Notes under the pieces: generated by a model
What the model saw: only the letters and a program-made list of their open reading frames with translations
Databases searched by the model: none
Told to the model about the DNA's origin: nothing
Position numbers and translations under genes: made by a program
Source of the DNA: Epithemia pelagica
Lineage: Eukaryota > Protista > Bacillariophyta
Assembly: GCA_946965045.2 (NCBI GenBank)
Contig: OX337234.1
Span: 1,550,001-1,614,000 of the forward strand
Direction of reading: 5' to 3'
Length of the DNA: 64,000 nucleotides
Shown here: positions 23,477-35,700 of the stretch, one piece after another
Numbering within the stretch: position 1 is the stretch's first letter
Layout of the letters: each line of letters starts with the position of its first letter

Positions 23477-26400
23477 TTATGCCTCGTCCTCATCACACTC
23501 ATCTTCATCATCTTCCATCATCTGTCTTTTTCGTTCGTCGTTTAGAAGCTGATTGGCTTTGTCCGATGCTGCCGAGTATAAACCCTCCTTCCCAATTGTC
23601 CAATCAAACTTTAGCTCGACTCTCTCTTCTACTTCGTCCTCTCCACCAAGAGCAACAGTAGAAGTCTGTTCCTTAATTAGCTGCCCAAATTCTATCGTAC
23701 CCCCGAGATTACGCACCCAATTACGATTATACTCTCGTTGTTCTGGCGTTATCGTTTGGAGATACGATCTCATATGAGTCTCAGAGTATCCTGATAGAAA
23801 TAGCTGGCGTCGCTGAATCCATCGCGCCATCGGAAGAAGCCTCGTTTGCTGTCCCAATCCCTTATTAACAGCACCCCCCCGTTGTGTCCTGTTGAAATAG
23901 AAAGACTTAAACAAACTATTGAAAGCTTTTCGCATAGACATGCTTGTCAGGATCGTCATCACAGTCATTCCTGACCAATCCATTGCTTCTTACCTTCCCA
24001 CCCTTGTTGAGAGTGGATCGCCAAATTCCTCCAGTGAAAGAGGTATTCCATGATATGGCCCGATCCGAGCATGTGAGCGTAATTGGTGACGCCCTCTGCC
24101 TGGTGCAAATCAATCCATTCCTTGAGAAAAAGGTCAACTTCCTTTTGGAAGTCGAATATTTCCGCGTCTGTCATATCTTCTCTCGAGCGCAGTCTCTTCA
24201 TCGCCTCCGAGTAATGAGCTACCCCACGAGTCCATTTGTCTTTCTCTATTGGATCGGCAACAGATAGTTCGACGAGTTTTGGAAAGTGCTGCAGCATCGA
24301 CCGAACTTGCATGTTGCCCAAAACAACTTTGTCCACTTGTTTGGTCTTCCGATTCAATGGAAAATCCCACTTGGCTATGTTGCGTTCGGTTCCAAAGATT
24401 GTGGTCGAAACCAGGTCCTCGATCACATCCCGGTAAGCTTCCGCCGCTCGTTTATCCGACGTCTTGTCTTCATCCTTCTGCCAACTCAACAACCCTTGTT
24501 TGGCATTTGTGATACCTTGCTTGAAACAGAGTGTGAGAATCTTGATTCCCATACGAATTTCCATATGCAATATACATGGCACCAAGTCCATCATTAGGAC
24601 TAGGGCCGATGTTGCATTCTTGTGTCCAAATTTCTTGAGGGCCTTGAGTGAATCGTGATATACCCATTCCAAAATCATTTGTGTCTTCAATCTTTCCTGT
24701 CGTTCCTCAATAGATCCAGACAAGGACATTCCTCTCTCCTTTAGATCATTTGTCAACCGCCTTGTATATTGATTGCGAGTAGGACGATCTGCCCGACGGA
24801 CATCAAAGTGAATGCAGGTTGGATCGGTTTTTTCTGAAGGGATGGGCAGTATTCTTGGGTCTTTGCCATTTACAATCTGGCATTCATCCCAAATTGTTTC
24901 GACTTCCTTGACATTCTCTGGTAGCTGCTTCTCAAATGCATCGACTTCTCGTTGCATGGTTTGACAATGCTTCGGGGTGAACATCCTGTGGTGGCGACAA
25001 ACCCAATCAGGGTCATTCAAATGCCCCATGGTCTGGCACCAATTGCAAGTTTCTGGTTCATCTGTTGCTGCCAGATGCAGATTGTTGCTATGAATGGGAC
25101 ATTTTGTACATGGGAAGTTTGCTTTTTTGGTTGCTCCACCACAGCCGCAGAGCTTCCACTCGCAGGACATGTCACAATTTGTGACTATCCATATGGCGAG
25201 TATCCCCAATAGCATAGGCACCAATGTAGTAGCGGCTTCGGCAATCTCAGAGAACAGAACTGAGAAAATACCACGAACATTGGCCTTGGTTTCTCCACCA
25301 ATGACACATAGTAATGGGCTGACATCGTTTCGAGATGAAGTGAGGGGGTTGGACTTGTCGTTGAATTTGATACCCGCCATAGTATGATTGTCGTAGCTTG
25401 TTAGAGTGGCTCCATCTAGAGTTTGAGCCATCATCAAATTGTCTTCCTTGGCAATACCGACTGCATTACGCCCTTTCACTATCTCTCGGATCATGTCGGC
25501 CGGTCTGAATATAAAGCCTTCGGCGCCATCCTTAGTGTTTTGAATCATATGGAAAGGAATTTTCTTGTTGCCAAATTCCTCCACCATTGCCGCCACTTTC
25601 TTTAACGAACCAGCACTTGGAAGCAACGTACGCTTGTGTTTTTGTCCGCCATTTTCGCATCGTCTTAATAATTCGATCCCCTCGTAGTTCAGCACACCAC
25701 CGGCTAGGTCCATTTCTCGGAGAATCCGGAACGGTGAGTAAACATACTTCCTCATGTGGATCCGAAATGTCTCTGGCATCCTGTCACGTAGTTGCAAACC
25801 ATGGATGTCATCATACAACATCATCTCACACAGTGCCTTGAAAAAGGAATCCGAACGGTGACTATCAGTGGCATGGTTCTGTGTGCTTCGGACGATAACC
25901 ATTTTGATATGCTGCACGATGGCCTCCGTCTTCTCGTCGTCGGTGCAGGATCGCGGAACGTTGCTAAAACATTCGATTTGTTGTTGCGATTCCTCGATTT
26001 GTTTCGCCATTGTCCGGATCTTATCGGCTCTGCTTTTCAGAACCTTGGCCTGCGCCTTCTTCTCGTGTATAAGGTCGCGTCTTTGTTGCTTCAATACCTG
26101 AATTTGAGCCTGGAGTTGAGCTATTTCCTGTGATGGTGATCTAGAAGGCGACCTTGGTGGTACAGAGGATGCATTGGTTGTCACTGTCAGGTTTGATCGT
26201 AGAGAAGAGGCTTGTGATCGATGAGAAAGGCTGTTGGTTAGAGATGGTTGTTGTGACAACGACGAGATAGTAGACTGCCTTTGTGACGTTGGAGATGACA
26301 GTTCTTGTAACATGGACAGTGTGCTAGTAGCTGTTGAATGAGCAGTAACGATAGTCGCAGTTGGATTGTTGTTCCGTGACGGAGAGAGTAAGATCTGTGG

Positions 26401-27210
26401 GGAATTGTTTCGATTCCCTGCTGGTGGTGGTGAAACGGAATTGTTCGTGTCCTCATCACTTGTATCGAAGATTGTATCGTCTTTAGGATGATTCGGGGTG
26501 TTACTGGATGTGTCTCTATTGCGTGTAGGAGGTGGTGGTTCTTCAATCGGTACGCATACCATAGGACTTTCTGTAGGTGGTGGTGAAGGTTGTTGCCGAG
26601 ACGGTGGTGTGGGTGGGATCTCAGTTGGGTTGCTGTGCTTGATCCGTTGTTTCTTGCGATAGACTTTGGGGGGATCGGGTTTTCTTGTTGTTGGATACCC
26701 AGAGTTCTGATGCTTAGCACGACAAGTCCATCGGCCGTTGATGGTTTTCCGATTAAGTGGAATGCCGGGTCGATCTTTCTCTTGTTCGTCAGCGTCTTTG
26801 CAGTTGCCGCAGAACTTGAACTGGCGGAATAGCTGGTAAATATACTGACCAAATATAGAGCAGGGGTAGAAGTCATGCCCTTCGAATTCGGCTATCAGTT
26901 CCGCGATTCTCTTTCTTTCGTTGTAGTTGAATTGCAATGGTACATTCGACGCGGATTTCCTCATGGAACGAGTTTGTTTGTTGGGTGAGGGAGGTCGGGC
27001 TTCAATGGCCTTCGTTTGGGAACGAGTCAGGCCTCCGAGTATGGCAGCTGGAACTGGAGCAATGGGGACTTGAGCTTTCGTTGATGTTGATGTTTCATTG
27101 GGTTCGTTGGATTCGTTTGTTGATGGTGGGTTTGGTCCATTTGCATCTTTCTTGCGCTTGGGTGGTGGTTTCTTGCCCGGACCTTTGCGATTGCGATTGC
27201 GCTTCGGCAT
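23477..27210 (-). CDS. RAG1/Transib-like DDE transposase, 1221 aa; complement(join(23477..23925,23994..27210))
   Basis: LDG (Asp codon 25414-25416), NCDMS (25171-25173), CTKC, PCILH, TNYAHMLGSGH and SQQGWE (Glu 23995-23997). The 68-bp intron 23926-23993 continues the frame into AFNSLFKSF. Basic NLS at the N-terminus. Confidence 0.75.
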
Positions 27211-28337
27211 CACGAAAACAGTTCCGAGTTGATTTGTGAAGTACAATGAGTCGTTTACAATGGTATCATCGTAAAGGAAAGAAAGATCGAACAAATGAGG
27301 ATGGATATCGGCATTTGATGTCTCATTAAAGGCGATCAAACAACGAAAGATAGGCGACTACGGGGATATGTTAATATTAAGGACTGTATATTTTTGGTCG
27401 TCGAGTCACGAGGGTTAAATGAAATTTTGGTGGAGTCCCGATCGTTGGCATGAAATTTTGGGGGCCTAATTTCGGTCAACGATTTCGTTGCGATGCAAGT
27501 GAGGTAAGTGTTATGTTCCATTGGAATAAGAATCTATATATCTTAAAATGTCTTATTCCAACGGAATATAACAGTGACCCATGTTCGGATCTGGTTGAAA
27601 AGCTTGTCAAAGTGGCCATAGTGGATTTCGTCGAAATTTTCTTCAAGTCTCGTCTTATACTTAACTAAAAATGCTAGTACTGTGTGGCATATAGAAAAGG
27701 AGGTGGAATTCCGAGTGTGACATCGATGCGAGCAAGAGCGGTCAGACTGCTCGTCGGGCCAGTTTTGGTCTGGAAGTGCTCCTATTGAAGGATTCTTTTG
27801 CCTTTTTTTTTGTTGTATCGGTGTCAGTGGGAAAACGGGGGGTCTTCTGTACGACAGTGCTAAAAAGTGTACGTTTTTCAAAAATATTTTTAAAACGCGT
27901 CGGATTTCGCCGGGAATTCCCTGAATTTTAAAATGAGGGCTTAGCCGTATTTTGACTGTTGCCGGCGCGTTGGAGACGTTGATTCCGCGAGAATCTCATA
28001 GTTGATTGATTGTACGGGAACTAACGACCGCTGAGAAAAATGTTGGAATCAGGAAATATGGGGAAAATCAGACAAATTAATGGCAGACGACCGATATCGA
28101 AAAGTGGGCAAAAATATACCCTGGCGGTAGCCCCTGTGACATCACCTGATCGAGGTCGTAAGTCTTTGCGTTGTTTCGAGAACTAGAAATACTGGTGTAA
28201 ACTGTAATTGCCAAAAAACAAATTGCAGATGCATCCTTGATTTCCCTCACATCAGAATCATTGTAAATTGTAGAGGTAGTTAGAGGAGTACATTCCTGGT
28301 GATGTCTGCCACATCATTTCGTGGACGAGTAGGACAT

Positions 28338-28710
28338 GGATGGCCAACAGGTGGGAGTATGAAAAGGATTTCTCATCGGATCATTAGGATCAGGGTGAAA
28401 AATTCTTATTTCTTGTTCTACTGTACTGCGCTGCACCGTAGTAGATTTGTGGAGGAGTAACCCTAAATGCCGAAAAAAGGGGTAAAATTGATGGCGACTG
28501 AATTACATGGGATGATATCCGAGATTTGTACTAGTTATTAAGTAGTCCTACCTAGGAAGAATCGCCATCGACAATCGACAACAGAAAACAGATGTGAGGG
28601 ATAATACAGAATAATTTACGATAATGCTGATGTGAGTGAAAGTGAAGAATCTTCGTGAAAGAAAAGCAAGAATCTAGGATAATTCGTTCCTGACTGAACA
28701 TAGATTTTCT
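28338..28710 (+). repeat. Dispersed copy of the GTGGGAGTATG...AGGGTG / AAGCAAGAATC module
   Basis: Matches 32500-32740 (ggatggccaacaggtgggagtatgaaaagg...; aagaatctaggataa...ctgaaca). Confidence 0.75.
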
Positions 28711-29518
28711 TTATATACATAGTTTTTATTCTTGTTGGTCCACTAGTCGGTCCGTAACTTGTTCAGTTCGGAACAAATTCTCGTAGAATCTTAAATTTCC
28801 CTCACATGCAAAAATTTGGGGGTCTTGAAAAAAGTTTGGGGGCGATGGAATGATTTCGTGGTTTCCTGGAGTGGGTTCTTCACCTTCTTCCTCTGCCGGT
28901 ACAGCAGCCTCCACCTCCGACTTGCTGCAGCTGTTCTTGGTCCCACTGTTGCAAGTTCATCAATGCTTCGGCCCATTATAAACATGCAGCTGCAACGTCT
29001 TCAACAGATGACTCTCATTTATCTGATTGGTCAGAAAGTGGAAGTGTAGCGTAGTGTGTAGTGTAATAAGATCTACTGGTTGAAATCTTCATGGTGAAAA
29101 AACCATGGGACGAGTTTTTCCAGTCAAAGCCTGTGGGTGCACTACCTAGTGGGTTGACTCAATGAAATGTTGGAAGGCTGACTGGTCAGAGCCCACGTTG
29201 GCCCACCTATTGGTGCGCATGCTTGTAGGCTTTTTCCACAGCAGAGGACACCAAAGACGGTGATAGAATAACAATAGAACACATTTGACTTCTCTACCAT
29301 TTTGCGCTCTCCCGTATTTTTCCACCTTCATGAACATCCTGGTTTCCATTGCTTCATGAGAAAAAGGACGGTGAATAGAGCTGTTGTTGATTTCTGGGTA
29401 AGGAGTTTCTATTCTGACGGAAAAATAATCCCAACACCACAGTCTTCCAAGAATAACGTTAGCTACGTTACAATTCATCCGTGACGAGACATAATGGAAA
29501 GTCTCTGTCTATTTTGTT

Positions 29519-30912
29519 GTGGGAAAACAGTGGAGGAACAACGCAAAAAAATGGGAGCAGCTACATGGAGATTTAAAAGTACAAGTTAAGCAAGAGGTCA
29601 TGTTGTTTTGCAGCCGATGCCAACGTGAATGCTGCCGAAGGTGCCTTCTGAAGATAACAAAACTGATGACAGAAGAAAAATGTGAAGATGAAAAGTGGTT
29701 CCAACAGGCGGTCAAGTTTCTGTCTTCCGGCCGATCGGCACGAAATTTCATTGGTCATTGCTGTGAATATTGAGTGAATCGGAATGATTCCATCATTACA
29801 AACAATGATGTACGTCACAATCAAAGTTGCGGCGGTAGAAGTATCGATGGCTTTCTTTTTTTCCAGAGTTGGGTCTATTCATTGATTCTCCTAGCTTCAA
29901 TGAAGTGGATGTCCATTCGATTGGGGAAGTCAAAGGAGAATCACCAGGACTTTGGCATTGTGTCCCCAGTAAAGCTTGTTGTTCCCGAGCGTTGGAGAAT
30001 GAACTATTTCCAAAGAAATATGAAAATCGTACGTCTTTTGGTCTTCGATGCAACTTAGCAGGGATCAAAGGAAAGTTGATTCTTGAAGAATCTCTAGTGC
30101 AAATTGATGTTATCAAGCAAGATCGAAAAATGTTCAACAAGAAGCGGAAAGGAAGCAATGATCTATCTGATCGAGAGATATCTGATAGTGTTCTATTCAA
30201 ACCAAGCTCAACGGCAGATGTGTCAATCGTTATCTTTCATTCAGAAGAATCGAAGGCAAGTGTACTGGTGTTAATGCGAATTCACAACCGAAGTAATACA
30301 ACAAATCCCAAAATGTCGGAAATGATTCAACTTTATGACTACATAACACAGGATGGGATGTTGCGACACGGTGGTTACGACAGTGCGCGAAGTGCTGGTT
30401 CGTCAGGTCTGACAGAGCTCAACGACACCATGGCCAGGTTTTTAAATGTTCCTTCGAATTTCCCCCGAAAGGTGACAGGAGTGAAGTTGGTGAAAAAGCA
30501 GTTCTACTGGAAGGCCTTCTATATGTCGCCGTGGCAGAAGCGTGCTTGTACGATGTGATATGGACAGCCTGTAGTTGGTGGCCGAGTTAAAAACACAGAA
30601 GATGTCATGAGGAAATGCCCCATGTTACTTGAATTGTCCATGACAAAAGTTGTTGCAATAAAAATTCTTCGTATAATCAACAATGATTTTGGCGGACGAC
30701 TTTTCCCTCCCATATCAGTATCTGCAATCAAGCGCGAAGAACAGCTCATGTCTGAAGCGAAGAAATCCCAGTCGCGTACTACAACATTGAACAACTTGCT
30801 TCTGTGTTATGTGACAAGGTACCGGTACACTTTGGTACAACATGCCGTTGGTTTCCACAAGGATTTTTTTCAAGGGGTGAATCGTCTCTACTTGAAATTC
30901 GAAAAGTGTTGA
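29519..30912 (+). pseudogene. Disrupted Cys-rich ORF of unknown function, probably transposon cargo
   Basis: Consecutive ORF fragments 29519..29773, 29869..30558 and 30607..30912, broken by stops and frameshifts. CSRC/CCRRC and FIGHCCE motifs. Confidence 0.4.
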
Positions 30913-31209
30913 TGAACCCTACAAAAACCCCATCAATGGGGAGAGGTGGTGCCGGTAACATCACAAAGTTTTGTTTTGGCATTTTATGTTGGTAACGGAA
31001 CATAACTACTAGAGTTCTTTATATGGGTAACGCCTAGTCTGAATAGGGATGGGTAACTAGTACTCAAACCACACGTCTTTAAGTACTAGGTAGGAAGAAT
31101 TGCGGTTGGAAAAAAAAAGAAAACTGACGTGAGGAAAACTAAAGAATCTATGATAATTCTGCTCTGAGTGGAAATCAAGAATCTGCAATAATTCTCACTT
31201 GTTTTATGC

Positions 31210-31860
31210 AAAATGCTCACCGCGCTGCATCGTACAATAGTATCTTAATGGCCAATAGTTGGGAGTAGGAACATGATTTCTCATCGGCTCCTTAGGGTAA
31301 GGGTGCAAAAACAACATGTGAGAGAAAAGCAAGAATCTACAATAATTTACTCTCACCGCGCTGCATCGTAGTATGTTAATGGCTAACAATTGGGAGTATG
31401 CAAAGGATTTCTCATTGGATCACTAGGGTTAGGGTGCAAAAACAACATGTGAGAGAAAAGCAAGAATCTACGATAATTTACTCTCACCGCGCTGCATCGT
31501 AGTATGTTAATGGCTAACAATTGGGAGTATGTAAGGATTTCTCATCGGATCAGGGTTAGGGTGCAAAAACAACATGTGAGAGAAAAGCAAGAATCTACGA
31601 TAATTTACTCTCACCGCGCTGCATCGTAGTATGTTAATGGCTAACAATTGGGAGTATGTAAAGATTTCTCATTGGATCAGGGTTAGGGTGCAAAAACAAC
31701 ATGTGAGAGAAAAGCAAGAATCTACGATAATTTACTCTCACCGCGCTGCATCGTAGCATGTTAATGGCTAACAATTGGGAGTATGCAAAGGATTTCTCAT
31801 TGGATCATTAGGGTTAGGGTGCAAAAATAACATGTGAGAGAAAAGCAAGAATCTACGACA
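31210..31860 (+). repeat. Tandem repeat, 127-131-bp unit, ~5 copies, each with a (T)TAGGGTTAGGG-like motif
   Basis: ATGTGAGAGAAAAG recurs at 31316, 31447, 31574, 31701 and 31832. Confidence 0.9.
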
Positions 31861-31868
31861 ATTTACCC

Positions 31869-32030
31869 GGGGCTGAACATAGGATGTAAGAGAAACGCAG
31901 GAATCTGTGATAATTTGCTCGGGGCTGAACATAGAGTGTGAGAGAAAAGCAAGAATCTGTGATAATCTGCTCGGGGCTGAACATACATGTGAGAAAAAAG
32001 CAAGAATCCGCGATAATTCGCTCGAGGCTG
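31869..32030 (+). repeat. Tandem repeat, 52-bp unit, 3 copies
   Basis: GGGGCTGAACATA recurs near 31869, 31921 and 31973; it shares AAGCAAGAATC with the 130-bp unit. Confidence 0.85.
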
Positions 32031-32329
32031 AATGAGGCGGGATACTTGATCGGCCGGATCTTGTCTTCACGGTCTCAAATCCGTCATTGTTTCCCTGCCG
32101 TCGTCTTCATCATCATCGGTCACGGTTTCCGCGACTGGCTGGTCGTGCGGTTGATCTTGCGCTTGGTCTTGATCATAGTCCTGAATGGAACCCTCCATGG
32201 TTTCAGTATCCGGGACTAGTGTGTTCTCGTCAGATATCGGAATGGTCTCGGCGACCGACATGTCAGTGTCGTCGCTGTTTTGGTCATTGAAAAGGATTTC
32301 TTATCGGATATTTAGGGTCATTTCTTCTT

Positions 32330-32740
32330 TTGCTGTATAGCGCTGCATCGTAGTAGATGCGTACAGGAGTGGCAAGTAGATGGCCAGCAGGTGGGAGTAT
32401 GAAAGGGACCTCTCTTTGGATCATTAGGGTTAGGGTGCAAAATTCTGTTATTATAGCGCCGCATCGTAGTAGATCCGCAGACCGCGGAGGAAGGGGATGG
32501 CCAACAGGTGGGAGTATGAAAAGGATTTCCCATCGGATCATTAGGATTAGGGTGCAAAATTCTGATTTGTTCTTTTATTATAGCGCTGCATCGTAGTAGA
32601 TCGGTGGAGGAGTACCATATGGATGGCCAACAGGTGGGAGTATGAAAAGGATCTCTCATTTTGCACTGAACATAGGATGTGAGAGAAAAGGAAGAATCTA
32701 GGATAAACCCGTTCCGGCGACTGAACACAGACATACGTTC
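32330..32740 (+). repeat. Three further degenerate copies of the GTGGGAGTATG module
   Basis: gcgctgcatcgtagtagat...caggtgggagtatgaaa near 32340, 32460 and 32583. Confidence 0.8.
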
Positions 32741-35700
32741 ATCGTATGTCGTAGAACTACACTTGAGTGAGGTAGATTACTGTCTACCTAGATAAAACTG
32801 ATCTGATTGAAGGAAAATTGATGTCACTACTTTCTACTACTCGATGACTGTCGAACCTAGAGATCTAGGCATAACGTAGCATTTTATTGTGTCGACATGA
32901 CAAACGGGAGGTGACTGATTGTGTTAGTAGCGTTTCACGGAATCCTACCGAGGTAGGCGCTATAGGCGGGTTGTTGCGACATGGTCCATTCAAGACCAAG
33001 AACTACTCAAGTTACTCCTCTAGATATAGAGGTATCAAAGGTTGACCTAGCTTTTACTCCCGTGACGTTTCAATCATTTTTTGTTCAAAGAACGACTCCC
33101 ATTGTTGCTCGAAGTCTACGTTCCGGACCTCCCTCCCTCACAAAAAACAGATTCTCGACAACACAAATTCAACGGGTGTCGGTCACACAAGCTTTTACAC
33201 GTTGGCTGGTATAATATTTTACAAACTTTGTCACTTCCAATGGAGCTTGACGGTCACAAAGCAAAGGAAGAGGAACTCCGAGAAAAAGGAAGAGGAAAGG
33301 CGAATGACAAGAAAGAACGTTATTCCCCCCTTTCTTCTCAATCTCATAAGCCTCTGTCCCACAATGGTATGAAAAGAAACAAGGAGGAGCGTCTTGCGGA
33401 CCTTGAGAAACTGATGGCTGACTTCTCGAGTTGACTGGAACAACTATTGGATTATAACGAGAGGCTCGTTTCAGAAAACCAAACATTAGCTCGACGCATA
33501 AAGACATTGGATGACAACAACCACACTTTGGAATTGCGCGTACGCGTGTTGGAGCTATTGGCCATTGGAAAAGAAGACTAGAACCCAAGAATTTGGAAAT
33601 CTGATCTTCGTTTGATTCAGAAACCAGTCGGAACCTAATGTACTTTTCTGACGTATGTTTTAAATTACTCCAATAATAGTATTTCTGCGACCGAACAATA
33701 ATAAACCTGTGGTACTAATAGGTTACATAGTAGCTAAGTATGAGCGTCTATTCTAGATGAAATGAGGAAGCTAACCGTAGTCAGAAGTACGACAGTGATG
33801 CCACAAACCACAATAAAGATAAAACAACATCAGTCAGTAAGGAAGCACGTCAGAAAGAGATTTGAATATTATAGCCCCGGGATAAGAAAGACGATGCAGA
33901 AAGAGAAAATTTCGATAAAGAAACGGAAGGATATATTCTTACGCACGTTTTTTTCTGCCTATTGCATAGCAGAAAGTTAAAGGACAATTAGAGGTTTGCA
34001 GTCGGCATAAATTTCAGATCCTACGGATGAGAGATTTGAATCTAGTATGGGTTAAGAAAGAAACTGATCCCAACAAACTGATGCATTCTCTGACGCATGA
34101 AGTTCTAGAGGAAATCAAGAAACCCATTTGTCGTAAGAAGTACGACAGTTTGTCACCCAAAATATTAAAAAATCATCATTCAGCTAGAAACGTTAAAGTT
34201 AAGGGACAGAAACGTCATCCCATTGTATTTCTTAATATTCAGAAAACAGTTGGTTCTTTGTCATCAAAGAATGGTACGATGACACCAGGTTGTCACAATG
34301 CTTTCATGGTTCATAGAAGGATTCTTGTTCAAGACAACCCGCCCTGCAAATGATGGACTCATAATTTCGATTCACCTTGGTATGTATTCACTGCGGACCA
34401 CCTCGACTTAATGTGACAATCGATGAGCCTAACCTAACCTTTCTCCCTCATATGCTTCAATCATGTTTATGGACGTTTGAACCGGTGATTACTGGCCACT
34501 GCTGGGAACCTTCCACAACCGATCCTATCCATCCCATTCGATCAAAACAAACTAATCTTCTTATCAACCTATCCTATTCATCTTACCCGTTTCTCCCAAT
34601 CCCATTCGATCAAAACAAACTAATCTCCTCATCAACCGATCCTATTTATTGCCAATGCAAAAACTCATTCTTTCCAAAATTGATCCTATCAAAACCAAAT
34701 CTCATACAAAACTCATCATATATCCAACCCGATTCTGTATCGAAAAACACATCCTCTCCATAACTGATCCTATGCATTATTCATGCAAACCTAGTATATG
34801 CCGTATATGAATACAAACAAAGGTCATGTCACTTCCTACTGCTGAAGAAGTAAAAAAGAGCATAAATGCACGGATGAAATCTTTATATTGCTATGAGAAT
34901 GGAATAGCAAGAGCCTGGGTTTGTCTAGTATGTGATCAGTTTACTGGGGAAGATTACAAAAAAATCTATAGTAGTACATTACAGAAGAACCGGCACTACT
35001 TTGTTCCCCACAATGGGGAGGATTTATCTCCATCCCTATTGAAAGATTACGAATACTCTGGAACTGGTTGTCAAGAATGGATGAAAGGCTGTATGTTTTC
35101 CCCCCGTGGCATATATGTAAGGAATCCGACAGGTTGTTTTGTTGTTTGTAAGAAGTGTCATGGTGATTTAATGTGTCGTAGACAACCAGAAAAAGCAATC
35201 GCAAACGGGTGGTATTTTGGAACAGCTCCACAAGAAATCATGGATTTAACAGAATCAGAACTGGCACTCATAACACCTGTTAAATCGTTTGGTTATTGCT
35301 TTACATATGTTGGTGGTCGAAATCAGAAACTGAAAGGAACTTTAGGATACTACAAGGTGGCACAAGAATCAATCAGTCGCACGGTAGTAGTTGCACTGAA
35401 ACTGTCAGAAATTATTAACAGCAATATTGTGTACATTATGCCTGGAGAATTTACTGAGGAACAGGCAGAAATAGTCCGTCGGAAGCGTCAAATTAACCCT
35501 CAGAGAGTGCGTATAGCTTTGGAATGGCTCATTGCAAATAATCCTGCTTGGGGAAACATACGATTACATGATCTAAATAATCAGTTACTGCGTGCCAAAC
35601 CACATTTAGTTGATTTATCAACAACAGTTACAACAGATGCACGTACATCTATGCATTCGCAAGGAGAAGAAGCACAAATGAAAGAAGTCGAAAGAGAAGA

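Larger units (their letters stand above)
21281..27787. mobile_element. Putative two-gene DNA transposon (minimum extent, between 14-bp inverted repeats)
   Basis: CAATAGGAGCACTT at 21281-21294 and its exact reverse complement at 27774-27787 flank the two convergent ORFs. True termini and TSD were not identified. Confidence 0.5.

Noticed and set aside
27853-27870. RSS/Transib-like heptamer GACAGTG followed by an A-rich tract
   Set aside because: It deviates from CACAGTG, and no matching partner or TSD was found at the left end.
21078-28136. CAGGGG...GGGTA / TACCC...CCCCTG as transposon termini
   Set aside because: The match is short and low-complexity, and the flanks share no target-site duplication.
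32067-32261. Acidic mini-ORF (and 28726..28914) as exons of a spliced gene
   Set aside because: Convincing splice sites linking them could not be identified, so they are left unannotated.
31210-32740. CRISPR array or true telomere
   Set aside because: Eukaryotic context, no unique spacers and no cas genes. TTAGGG occurs only as two units inside larger repeats, not as a terminal array.
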